Positions 1-9,482 of a stretch of 64,000 nt of DNA are shown piece after piece; the stretch's first letter is position 1; every line of letters starts with the position of its first letter. This stretch comes from Coleofasciculus chthonoplastes F2-STO-03 (GTDB lineage Bacteria > Cyanobacteriota > Cyanobacteriia > Cyanobacteriales > Coleofasciculaceae), in the NCBI GenBank assembly GCA_040222015.1, contig JAVJWO010000153.1, positions 60,439 through 124,438 of the forward strand, read 5' to 3'. The notes under the pieces are model-generated. The model was given only the letters and a program-made list of their open reading frames with translations. It was not told the DNA's origin and ran no database searches. The translations under genes and the position numbers were made by a program.

Positions 1-249
1 AATTTCGTCAGGAGTTTCGGCTAGTAGGGCAATTGCCTCCCCGACAGGTACGGTTTGACCTGCGGGTACAGTAATGACGGCTAGATAGCCTTCATAGAAC
101 GACTCCACATCCATATCCGCCTTGTCAGACTCAACCACTACCACGGTTTCGCCTTTCTCTATTTTGTCCCCTGGGGATTTCACCCAAGAGACAATTTTGC
201 CTTCGGTCATGGTGGAGCTAAGGGCGGGCATGAAAACTTCGTGGATCAT
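1..249 (-). CDS. pdhC: Dihydrolipoamide acetyltransferase (PDH E2), N-terminal lipoyl domain; runs off window start
   Basis: Manual translation from ATG at 249: MIHEVFMPALSSTMTEGKIVSWVKSPGDKIEKGETVVVVESDKADMDVE, containing the lipoyl-lysine motif ESDKA. Confidence 0.93.
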   Translation of the reverse strand, partial: MIHEVFMPALSSTMTEGKIVSWVKSPGDKIEKGETVVVVESDKADMDVESFYEGYLAVITVPAGQTVPVGEAIALLAETPDEI

Positions 250-347
250 GAGGTGGTATTCCCAATGAACTAGGCGTTAAATAACAATAGCATTTGCCAG
301 ATCGCATTTTAGCGTGATGACGGGTTCTCAAACTATAAAGGTCGAAA

Positions 348-396
348 ATAGGGAACAGGGAATGGGGAACTCTTAACAGGGAACAGGAAACAGGGA
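348..396. repeat. Heptamer short tandem repeat (AGGGAAC-like STRR)
   Basis: tagggaacagggaatggggaac...acagggaacaggaaacaggga. Confidence 0.7.
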
Positions 397-471
397 TTAC
401 CCACCCGCCCCTAAATCTGGGTGCTTCTCCATACCAACCTACAATAGAATTAGCCGCTTACTAGAAAGCTG

Positions 472-1044
472 ATGGATTGGATGGTCAAGTCGGGCAAAAT
501 TTCTTTGATGAGTCTCGCTAGTATGATATTCATGCTGACGGCTTGCACAGGCGTCAGTAATCGCCCAGAAACGACAGTTACAGCCGCTAAGCCTTCACCT
601 GATGAAACGATTTCCTCATCGACTGAGCCAGCCCCCGATTCTCCAGGTAACTCGACTCCCCAGCAAAATTTTTCATCGGCTCAGACTCCGGCGGCTAACC
701 GGGAAGATTATCGTTCCATTGATCTATCCCAACAAGCAGATAGGATGAGTTTAACCGGTAGCAATCCAAACGCGATCGCACTCTCGGCGTTTGGCAATAC
801 TGAGTCGAACACGGATTCAGCCACCGTGGATGTCTCCTATCCTCAACCGGATCAGGCAATTGTGATTCTGACTCAAACTGGATTAAAGGATGATTCTGTG
901 CAAGATATCCGATATCGCGTTGAGTTTCAGAAAAATCCCTCTGCTCAAGCTAATGAACAATGGCAGATGATTTGGGCAGGATCTCAGTTCAAATGTTACC
1001 CTGGGCGCGGTCATCAAGACTGGGCACCTGAACTTTGTTTGTGA
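472..1044 (+). CDS. Hypothetical lipoprotein
   Basis: Signal peptide with LTAC lipobox, Ser/Pro-rich linker, C-terminal C-x-x-GRGHQDW-x4-CL motif. Confidence 0.75.
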   Translation: MDWMVKSGKISLMSLASMIFMLTACTGVSNRPETTVTAAKPSPDETISSSTEPAPDSPGNSTPQQNFSSAQTPAANREDYRSIDLSQQADRMSLTGSNPNAIALSAFGNTESNTDSATVDVSYPQPDQAIVILTQTGLKDDSVQDIRYRVEFQKNPSAQANEQWQMIWAGSQFKCYPGRGHQDWAPELCL

Positions 1045-1089
1045 GCGGGTTTTCTGGGCGCACGTCGGTGCGCCCCTGCAGTAGACAAA

Positions 1090-1626
1090 TTATCGACATC
1101 CTAATGATTCGCGAGTCTCTACCCCCGTTTTCGAGTTAACGCCACTGGCTTTAGTGCAGAGATTTTGGACTTGTAAGCGATCTAAAACAGCATCGCTGAA
1201 ATCAGCACCGGTGATATTAACATCATCCAAGCGAGAACCTAATAAAATTGCTTCCACTAAAACGGCATCACTCAAATCCGCCCCTTTGAAGTTAACTTTA
1301 TAAGCAATGCTGTATGAAAAATCTGCACCCTGTAGATTAGCGTCAGTCATCGTGGAATCACTAATTACCACACTGCGTAAATCGGTATTGTTTAAATTGG
1401 TTTGGGTTAGATTCATATTAGATATCTCCAGTTCAGCTAAATTTTGACCGGAGAAATCCATGGCACTTAGATCAGATACACCGTCATTAATAAGCTGTCT
1501 GGCAGAGGAATTAGCAGCTTGGGCAGATAGGGGAACTAAAACCAAAACCAACGCCAGAATTAGAGCAGCGAGTCCTTGAATAGACTTAATAATACTTACT
1601 TTCATTACCACGGTTGCCGAAAACAT
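1090..1626 (-). CDS. Pentapeptide repeat protein (secreted or lumenal)
   Basis: Signal peptide, A(D/N)LXX repeats, C-terminal LC...G.N..TGV.TRESLGC typical of cyanobacterial pentapeptide proteins. Confidence 0.9.
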   Translation of the reverse strand: MFSATVVMKVSIIKSIQGLAALILALVLVLVPLSAQAANSSARQLINDGVSDLSAMDFSGQNLAELEISNMNLTQTNLNNTDLRSVVISDSTMTDANLQGADFSYSIAYKVNFKGADLSDAVLVEAILLGSRLDDVNITGADFSDAVLDRLQVQNLCTKASGVNSKTGVETRESLGCR

Positions 1627-1641
1627 CTTTTCTGGTGTAGC

Positions 1642-3369
1642 TTACGCCAAATCTTGACCACATCGGTATAACTGATAAGGAATACCAATCCGGTAATGTT
1701 GACTCGGATCAAGGATACAGCTTTTTTGGTTCGCGATCGCAAGATGTTGGGGATAGTCTCGCCGCTTCAAACCGGGAGCGATTACCCAGAGATTCAATTG
1801 AGACACGGAGGGTATAGCTAATTTGGATAACTGCTGCCAGACTTGATCATATCCCTGTTGGCGACTTAAAAATGCGATCGCGCGATCGCTCTCCTGACTA
1901 CCAACCTCTGGTAAATTCTCTAATGCCAAGGCAAAGCTCAACCCTAATCCGATATCCTGAAGATCGTCATATCCCATCACCATCATCAGGGGAACAGTGG
2001 GTTCAATTGTCATATTCTCTGCCACCTGCTGAGGATAATAGGGTTTGAGAAACACCAAATTAGCCACGACACAAACCGTACTCACGACAGAGATAGCCAA
2101 CGTTAAGACGATTGCCCATCTCCCCTGCATCCCGACACCCCGGCGCCCAGACGCGCCATGAGACGCGCCATGAGACGCGCCATGGCGCGTCTCTACATTT
2201 ACGGTTAAACTCGCTGCCAATAGCGCACAAATCGCTGGATAATAAACAAAGTTATAACGGGGAACAACAGAGATATCCTTACCGAGCAGGTAAATAATTG
2301 CCAAAAATTGCAGCAATACAGCCAAAGTAAACCCTAATAGAGTAAACGTCGCTAACTGGGTTGCAGGCTTCTGTAGCAATCGCTTAACTCCCACGCCTCC
2401 TTGCCAAATAATCCACCCCCCCAACCCCAGCGTTAATCCTCCCATGGGTATCACAATCCACCAGGGTTGATTTTCCACGGGTAAGGCAATTACCATGAGT
2501 AACCAACCCACGAGTAATTGCAGCACAGGTGTAATACTATTCGGTGATGGTAGCCAATTGGTTTCTTGTCGCCCCATATCTGCCAAAAGCATACCCCACC
2601 ACGGCAGATAGCTAACTGCCATTCCCGCCATTACCAGCGCCACAGCACTCCAACTCCCACTCGGTAAGCGCCGACGATACCAAATCATCCCGGAAATTAG
2701 GGTTAAAAATTGGGCAATGACAGCCAGAAGAAAAAAGTAGTGGACATAACAACCGATACTGTTCACCATACCCCAACCTAGCCATAGCCAAGGGGAAGGC
2801 AATTGCTGATCATAAAGACGCTGCTGAATCGGGATTAATGCCAAAAGTGCCAGAATAATCAGCAACATCGGCAACGTGTAGTGACGCGCTTCCTGAGACA
2901 AGTAAACCGCAAAAGGAGACACCGCCATTAACGCAGCGGCGATTAATCCCGCGATTGGCGAAAAGATGAGACGATTGAGAACGTAGATTGCCGCGATCGC
3001 ACTAACTCCAATTAATGCTGGAAATGAACGCAACACCCACGCCAGCGGTTCGGTTCCCGTAAACCTTAGCCACGAATGCATTAAGCAAAAGAATAAGGGG
3101 GGATGAGTCGATTCTTGGGCAAGGGTTTGGGCAATATCTCTACAGCTAGCCTCCGGTTGCAGAGTGAAGAGTTCTTGGAGGGTGGACAAAGAAAATACCA
3201 CATCTAATGGTAAATCATTATACTCCCGTCCCAGACTAAAGAAAGCCGTGAGAACTTCATCCAGCCACAGAGGTTTTAAATCAAGATGCCAAAATCGGAG
3301 CAGGGTTCCCAGAAGAATGATTCCAGCAAGGGCGAAATAGTGATGAGTTAGTTTTTTGCGTAGGTTCAT
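1642..3369 (-). CDS. Membrane glycosyltransferase, GT39/PMT-like
   Basis: LWLDE, HPPLFF and YLSQEARHY motifs, many TM segments. Confidence 0.85.
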   Translation of the reverse strand: MNLRKKLTHHYFALAGIILLGTLLRFWHLDLKPLWLDEVLTAFFSLGREYNDLPLDVVFSLSTLQELFTLQPEASCRDIAQTLAQESTHPPLFFCLMHSWLRFTGTEPLAWVLRSFPALIGVSAIAAIYVLNRLIFSPIAGLIAAALMAVSPFAVYLSQEARHYTLPMLLIILALLALIPIQQRLYDQQLPSPWLWLGWGMVNSIGCYVHYFFLLAVIAQFLTLISGMIWYRRRLPSGSWSAVALVMAGMAVSYLPWWGMLLADMGRQETNWLPSPNSITPVLQLLVGWLLMVIALPVENQPWWIVIPMGGLTLGLGGWIIWQGGVGVKRLLQKPATQLATFTLLGFTLAVLLQFLAIIYLLGKDISVVPRYNFVYYPAICALLAASLTVNVETRHGASHGASHGASGRRGVGMQGRWAIVLTLAISVVSTVCVVANLVFLKPYYPQQVAENMTIEPTVPLMMVMGYDDLQDIGLGLSFALALENLPEVGSQESDRAIAFLSRQQGYDQVWQQLSKLAIPSVSQLNLWVIAPGLKRRDYPQHLAIANQKSCILDPSQHYRIGIPYQLYRCGQDLA

Positions 3370-3420
3370 AGTTAGGATTTTCGCGCAAAAACCACTCTAG
3401 CGAGAATTGGGTTAATTTGA

Positions 3421-3730
3421 GCGATTGAAATCGCAGCTACACAAACAAAGTCCGCCTGCGCGGACTGGGTTATAAGTATTAGTAGCGAGCAAGATGCTCA
3501 ATGTAGCGAGCAAGATGCTCAATGTAGCGAGCAAGATGCTCAATGTAGCGAGCAAGATGCTCAATGTAGCGAGCAAGGTATGGCACGTAAATGTGTAGGG
3601 GCGGGTTTCACTACTATCTCTTCGGTTGCACCCAGATGCAACTAAACCCGCCCCGATTCGCCGATTTCGTTATTTCCCGTGAGACGTCAGGGTTATAAGG
3701 GGGGTAGCTAACCTAGATTTGGTATTAGTC
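3421..3730. repeat. Nested MITE/REP composite including a 21-bp tandem array (TGTAGCGAGCAAGATGCTCAA x~4)
   Basis: Segments match copies at 5112-5230, 25195-25312 and 48540-48717; GGGTTATAAG is repeated at 3467 and 3690. Confidence 0.8.
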
Positions 3731-3781
3731 CTAGATTGATTAACATGGTGAGAGTAGACGGTAATTTGAGAGATAAAGAAC

Positions 3782-4063
3782 TTGGACTGGTCTAGATTTA
3801 ATCTTCATGGTGATGCTCCTGAACATGCCTTTGAAGCACTGACTGGAACGTTATTTGAGCGCTGGTGTTATCGGGAGTATGCCGATCAAATTAGGCGAGT
3901 CGTCTTCGTTAATGGTGCAGGTGGCGATGGTGGTGTTGAGGCATATACTCAACTGAAGGATGATCAGGTTATCGGATTGCAAGCGAAGTGGTTTAGAGAA
4001 CCTCTGGAGTCTTCTCAGATAGAACAGATTAGAACGTCTTTAAAGACCACATTCCGCACTTAA
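3782..4063 (+). pseudogene. Truncated Mrr-like PD-(D/E)xK nuclease N-terminal domain
   Basis: FE...GAGGDGGVEAY...GLQAKWF motif; ORF ends inside an IS remnant. Confidence 0.65.
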
Positions 4064-4222
4064 ACTTGAAGTGTGTTTTGTAGTACAATGAGGGATAGTA
4101 ATCGCCCCCTAAAATAAGTATAAATACTTATTTTTTTTGCAAATAATAAATCAGCCAAAACAATGGGTAAAAACTGTCAAAAAATCGAAATAAAAAACCT
4201 TGATCATTTAGGGATAATAGCC
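4047..4222 (+). mobile_element. IS1634-family left-end remnant with transposase N-terminus
   Basis: MGKNCQKIEIKNLDHLGII resembles IS1634 transposase N-termini (EVKNLDHLG); similarity lost after ~20 codons. Confidence 0.65.
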
Positions 4223-4526
4223 ATTACCTCCAATAGGCGTAGATCTAGCGAAGCTGACACCAGGGGCAATCTAGCTCAAAACCCTTGTCCTATAAGCGTT
4301 CCAGAAACCTTAATGCTCTGTCGTTTCAGTTCGTCTAGCCCGTCCATTGTCACCTTCTAATCAAAATGTTTGAGTTATTACTTAATTATCAAGTACTATT
4401 AGTGGGCTATCGCCCATCACCATAGGGACGCTTCGCGGCGGCGCGAAGGCAAGCTCCGCGCCGAGCCTGCGGTACGCTCCCCCTCGCGTTGCTAGTTTCT
4501 GCAAAAGGAGTACAAGGAGTATACAG

Positions 4527-4680
4527 ATGCGCTTACCAGATTTTCTAATTATTGGAGCAGCCAAGTCTGGAACAACAACACTTTATAAATACTTGTGCCA
4601 GCATCCTCAAATATATATGAGTGTACCTAAGGAACCTAATTTTTTTGGAGATGACGGATGTTATGCTAAAGGATTAGAAA
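4527..4680 (+). pseudogene. Sulfotransferase N-terminal fragment
   Basis: LPDFLIIGAAKSGTTTLYKYLCQHPQI..KEPNFF (PAPS-binding loop); similarity ends near 4680. Confidence 0.8.
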
Positions 4681-5030
4681 TGACCAAAATTTTTAGGCAA
4701 AAATATGACGGATGCCTTTTGCGTTTCTCTTATCTTTCTCAATAAGTATAGGGTATTATTATCATCAGAACAGTTATCAAAAATAATAGGTTTTATACCA
4801 AATTTTTGTAATTGATTAATAATGTTTTATACATAACTACCATTGTTATATGATATTACGATAACAGGTATTTTATTCGGGTTTTCTTTAATTGATAATT
4901 TTATATTTTCTAAATGTAGTATAGACAATAGAAATATATAAATCTTTGTATGAATATTACTCAACCATTTATTGACACGATACTTCATAAATAAACGGAT
5001 ACGCTGGATAGTGTGTAAATATAGTCGCAT
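4675..5030 (-). pseudogene. GT2 glycosyltransferase fragment with in-frame stop
   Basis: IPVIVISYNNGSYV*NIINQL..PIIFDNCSDD..FLPKNFGH reads through TAA at 4827-4829; very AT-rich. Confidence 0.65.
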
Positions 5031-5254
5031 ACTGATACTTAATCACTCAATTTTGCAAAAAGCGATAGTCTTCATTGAATACTCTGATTTTGCTTATTTG
5101 TTTTACGCCAAGTAGTGCGAGCATCTTGCTCGTTACTAATACCCAATTTAAATGCATAAAAGCTTATCACTTTTCTAGTTCAGTCCGCGTAGGCGGACTT
5201 TGTTTGTGTAGCTGCGATTTCCAATCGCCCTTTTATCCCTTTGTTTGCGCCCTT

Positions 5255-6271
5255 TTATCCCCTCTGCACAATACCATCCTGGACACTGGCTCTACGATAA
5301 CCCCTGGAGGGTAAATTTTTCAGGTCAAATTCCTCACCGTTTTCGCGTCTCCAAATCTTGTAATTAGAAAACGTAAGCGGGGTTTGGGGTTCGCACTCTT
5401 CCGGGATATGATCGGCTAAAATAAAATACACTGCACCCTCTCCCATTACCTGGGCGATACCATTCCGGTTCACTACCAGCGAGGTATCCTCATCAATTCC
5501 TATCCCCAAGACACTATCAGTGATACCATCCCGAAGCTGACGCGCCATAAACGTCATCAATCGACCCATGCGATCGCGTTGACTAAAATGGGTATCTATT
5601 ACAGTACCCTTCATCAGCGACCAGTTGAACAAGTCATAACTAAACAGAATGTCTTCGTAGGGATCATTTAAGGCATACTCACTATCAACCGCATCCGAAC
5701 AAGCGTTATAAATAAAATCACTTTGAATCATCGCCCCAGCACTGGTTCCACCGATACCACCGCCTTTAGCGCCAACGGATTTAATCGCGTCTGCTGTCGC
5801 TGTATGCTTAAAATTGCGGGTATAGTCGCACTGATCACCACCTGCAAAAAATACCACCTCAGCTTGACGAATTGTATCCGCCACATCTGAAGAATTGGCA
5901 TCATCTCGACTACGAATAACTAAGGTTTCAACCGAATCCACCCCATTCATCGCCAGAATCGGTTCATTATAGCCAGCCGAACCCGATGAGCGAATCACAA
6001 CCACATCAATCTGAGCCGAACAGTCGGTGCAACCTCTCGCCTGATTAATCATCCACTGAATCGCTTCATCCACATCAGCCCCCCCGCCACCTAAGTCAAA
6101 AGCAATACCTGCGGGAACATTGATATCAGTCGAATTGCCATCAAAATAGCGGATAACCTTGGCAGATACTGGTGCAACCCAGAGCGACAAGCACACAAAT
6201 ACTATTGCCACCAGCTTGATGACTTTAGCAAAGGGCAAGCCGGAGGTAGATTGAAAAGGACGAGAACCCAT
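5255..6271 (-). CDS. Cyanophycinase-like peptidase S51 with signal peptide
   Basis: FFAGGDQ, GGTSAGA (catalytic Ser), IDTHFSQRDRMGRL and GIGIDEDT motifs. Confidence 0.88.
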   Translation of the reverse strand: MGSRPFQSTSGLPFAKVIKLVAIVFVCLSLWVAPVSAKVIRYFDGNSTDINVPAGIAFDLGGGGADVDEAIQWMINQARGCTDCSAQIDVVVIRSSGSAGYNEPILAMNGVDSVETLVIRSRDDANSSDVADTIRQAEVVFFAGGDQCDYTRNFKHTATADAIKSVGAKGGGIGGTSAGAMIQSDFIYNACSDAVDSEYALNDPYEDILFSYDLFNWSLMKGTVIDTHFSQRDRMGRLMTFMARQLRDGITDSVLGIGIDEDTSLVVNRNGIAQVMGEGAVYFILADHIPEECEPQTPLTFSNYKIWRRENGEEFDLKNLPSRGYRRASVQDGIVQRG

Positions 6272-6715
6272 AGAATTATTGGAAGATAAAACCCGATATC
6301 AATAGTGGCACGAGTAAAAGGGCAGATATAACCGCCACAACCGTGACTGGATCTACATTGATAACGTTTTTGTCAGGTTTATTGCTCATCGAACACCCTC
6401 CCAAATTGACTAAATACTGCTTTACCACCCGACTGGGTAAACTGCTGTCCCTATCTTACTGCCAAGTGGGTGATCAAGATGGCAGATGAGTTTGGTACAG
6501 AGATCTAGAATAGTACGTTTGTTTGTCATGTAGGGGCGGGTTTCACGGCTCACATTTTTTTCCCGCCCTGATGTAACTAAACCCGCCCCGAAAGTGCGAG
6601 GATTCTTTCACGAATGACGAATGACAAATAACAAATGACTAATAGGGGTCTTGCTGGATACAAGTGTCTCTCTGTATCCTACTGATGGAACGGTTTGTCA
6701 ATAAAAGGTGCTATC

Positions 6716-7093
6716 ATGACTAATGCAAAAAACGTCTTGGGTACAGAACTAGAAACCTGTTGCACATCTCCCATGACCGGATTTTACCGGGATGGCAAAT
6801 GCAGTACTGGAGCCGGAGACTTTGGCGCCCACGTTGTTTGCGCTCAAGTTACCGAAGAGTTTCTGGAATTTACCAAACAGCGTGGGAATGACTTGAGTAC
6901 ACCCCTTCCCGGATTTAACTTTCCCGGTTTAAAACCAGGCGATCGCTGGTGTCTATGTGCCTCTCGCTGGCAAGAAGCCCTAGAAGCTGGCGCTGCACCT
7001 CCTGTGGTTTTGTCTGCTACTCATGCATCGGCGTTAGAATATGTTTCCTTAAGTGAACTGAAACAACATGCTCAAGATGCTCAAGATGCCTAA
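6716..7093 (+). CDS. DUF2237 family protein
   Basis: NVLG..LE.CC.SPMTGFYRDG.C...H.VCA...GNDLSTP...GLKPGDRWCLCA.RW. Confidence 0.9.
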   Translation: MTNAKNVLGTELETCCTSPMTGFYRDGKCSTGAGDFGAHVVCAQVTEEFLEFTKQRGNDLSTPLPGFNFPGLKPGDRWCLCASRWQEALEAGAAPPVVLSATHASALEYVSLSELKQHAQDAQDA

Positions 7094-7246
7094 AAAAAAA
7101 TTGTGGTATTTTAATCCAAATGTATTTGATAGTTTGTGATATTATGTCCGTTTTTATTTAACTTGTTTAGACATTTCAAGCCCTTGAGAAACGGTGCGTT
7201 AGCGAAGCGTAACGCACCCTACAATTCCCGACAATTAACTCATGAA

Positions 7247-7837
7247 TTATGACTTATCAGTTTTGGAGTTTTGTACCGATGAAAGAACCGGATTAGAATT
7301 AGTATCAACATTGTCTAAAGCGGGTTTTAGAATCTGCCAAGCTTGTTGCGCTTCGGGTAAAAATTGATCCCGTGCGGCTTTAGCTTCGGCAAACTTGATT
7401 AACGTTTTGGCAAAACTCTTATCTGTCGCCTGCTGCATTTGTTCGGGAGTTAGGGGTTCGGGGCGAAAGAGTGCCTCAATTACCGGACGCAACTCCAACG
7501 CCTGCTGCTGTATCTCTTCTAGGGTAACTCGTAAGCTGGCTAAATTCGCGATCGCCTTCACCGCCTGAATGATTTCCGGCTCATCTTCTGGCGATTCAAC
7601 GGCTGATGGGGGTCCAACCACAATTAAATCTTCACTGCTTAACCCATCGGCAAAACTATTCTCATCTAAGCTGGTATCCTCTGGGTCATCCATCCGGCGT
7701 TCGATTTCTTCCAGCGCCTTTTTGCGACTGCGCTCACTATCCGTTCTGCCGCTGACTTCGATAAATAAACCCAGTTCCTTTAAATGTTTGGTGGTGTACT
7801 GAATAGTCGATTTGGTCATAATCGTTTCGATAAACAA
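7247..7837 (-). CDS. Hypothetical protein downstream of nrtR
   Basis: 196-aa ORF co-oriented with and closely following the NAD operon; probable start MTKSTIQY. Confidence 0.7.
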   Translation of the reverse strand: MFIETIMTKSTIQYTTKHLKELGLFIEVSGRTDSERSRKKALEEIERRMDDPEDTSLDENSFADGLSSEDLIVVGPPSAVESPEDEPEIIQAVKAIANLASLRVTLEEIQQQALELRPVIEALFRPEPLTPEQMQQATDKSFAKTLIKFAEAKAARDQFLPEAQQAWQILKPALDNVDTNSNPVLSSVQNSKTDKS

Positions 7838-7868
7838 TAATTATAAACTACGATAAACTGTTATATCT

Positions 7869-8603
7869 TCAAAGAAAAACCAACGGCTTATCCTTCAACG
7901 GCGCAAACGCCTCAGCATCAAACCGATATAAAGAGGCTGGACGCCCTGCTCCCCGTGAGGCTTTTAGACCAGTATCGGCTAAAAAACCCAACTTTAACAA
8001 ACGGGTGCGGAAGTTAGAATAATCTGAGAAGTTTTCGCCTAAAACAGTAGTATAGAGTTGATACAAATCACTCAGCGTAAAAACATCGGGTAATACGTCA
8101 AACGCGACAGGACTATACTCCAACTTATTCCGCAAACGCTGATATCCATACTCGATAATTTTGCCATGATCGAAGGCTAGGGAAGGTATTTCCTTAACCG
8201 GATACCACGCAATACCACTCACTCCCTCAGCAATGAACTGTGCTTCTTCAAACCGAACTAAGGCAAAGTAGCTAACCGATAGGTAACGAACGCCAAAGCT
8301 TTTTGGGGATTCCCTAGGATCGCGATTCGGACCACCAAAGGTGTAGAGTTGTTCCAAGTAGAGATTATTCACCCGAATTTTTTCTACCAGAACCCGATGG
8401 GCGGCATTTTCTAGGGATTCTCCCTGGCGCACCAGTGTTCCCGGCAAACTCCACTGACCGGAAAAAGGTTCATCCCGGCGCATGATTAACAGCACCAAGA
8501 CGCGGTTTTGTTGAGTATCGACAGAAAAAATAACAGTGTCAACACTGACTTTGAAGTCAGCTAACGCTGGTTGGTTGCTCGGTTTGATGCCGCGTTCTGA
8601 CAT
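7869..8603 (-). CDS. nrtR: NrtR-family Nudix-HTH transcriptional regulator
   Basis: Nudix (WSLPG..V..GESLE.AA.R.L.EK, LEQLYTFG..RDPR) plus C-terminal wHTH (NFR...GAGRPA.LYRF), in NAD operon context. Confidence 0.88.
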   Translation of the reverse strand: MSERGIKPSNQPALADFKVSVDTVIFSVDTQQNRVLVLLIMRRDEPFSGQWSLPGTLVRQGESLENAAHRVLVEKIRVNNLYLEQLYTFGGPNRDPRESPKSFGVRYLSVSYFALVRFEEAQFIAEGVSGIAWYPVKEIPSLAFDHGKIIEYGYQRLRNKLEYSPVAFDVLPDVFTLSDLYQLYTTVLGENFSDYSNFRTRLLKLGFLADTGLKASRGAGRPASLYRFDAEAFAPLKDKPLVFL

Positions 8604-8696
8604 GGTTATCCAAAACTGTGACGTTTTGAACTTAAAACAGTGATAGTCCCCCTAAAAGTATAGCTAAGAACGTCCATCTTCCGGAGTCACCGTTGA

Positions 8697-9263
8697 TCAA
8701 GCATATAATTTTTCTCGATTGATATAGTCTTTGACAGAAGGTGTTATGACATCTAGGTCTCCTTTTTCACGATAGGCTGTGGAGGAAACTCCAGGAACAT
8801 TCAGATCCGCGATCGCAACGTGAGTTCCAAGCTGCCTCAATCTCTCTAAACCTGCCTTGTCTATGTCATACCCGGGACGCGGTACAATCAGTAACTGTAC
8901 CTGGCTGAGTAATTCTTCAATCCGATACCAACGGGGTATCTGATTGACTAAATCCGAACCCACCACGAGAGTATAGTTCACCTCATCCCCCCAAATTTCC
9001 TTGGCTTTGGCTAAGGTTTCTAGGGTTCTGCTACGACTCAACTCCTCATGTACGACAATATTATTAGGCTGTGTTTCAATTTCGGAAATTAACACCTCTA
9101 ACATCCGCTTGCGGTGTTCTAGGGAGGTTTGGTGAGACTTAAACGGATTATCTGACGCCCAGACAGCGACTTTGTTGTAATGGTTGGACAACCATTCGAG
9201 AATGGTCTGATGGGCTGCCGTGGGGGGATCAGCACTCGTTCCGAATAAGGCAATAGTGGTCAT
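8697..9263 (-). CDS. nadD: Nicotinate-nucleotide adenylyltransferase
   Basis: IALFGTSADPPTAAH, SDNPFK, VGSDL..QIPRWY, SSTAYR; probable start MTTIALF. Confidence 0.9.
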   Translation of the reverse strand: MTTIALFGTSADPPTAAHQTILEWLSNHYNKVAVWASDNPFKSHQTSLEHRKRMLEVLISEIETQPNNIVVHEELSRSRTLETLAKAKEIWGDEVNYTLVVGSDLVNQIPRWYRIEELLSQVQLLIVPRPGYDIDKAGLERLRQLGTHVAIADLNVPGVSSTAYREKGDLDVITPSVKDYINREKLYA

Positions 9264-9482
9264 ATCAAGTCCAATAGCATCGTCATTATAGATTGGGCAG
9301 GGGGATACAGATACAAGAAACAAGCATGTTATCTTCGACCCTCGTGTAGGGGCGCGACCCGCTTGCACAAATCAACAATTATATCCACTCAATTTGCTCG
9401 GGTCGCCCTTTACTCAAATGTCTGTTTCAGAAAGTGTTTTTGTCGTTATTTTTTTTCTTTAAATACTACATCATATCTAAAT

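Noticed and set aside
3481..3578. 21-bp repeats as a CRISPR array
   Set aside because: Head-to-tail tandem copies with no spacers; they derive from a REP arm, and there are no cas genes
4223..4410. Sequence resembling a CRISPR leader or IS end
   Set aside because: No adjacent repeat array or transposase; cannot be assigned
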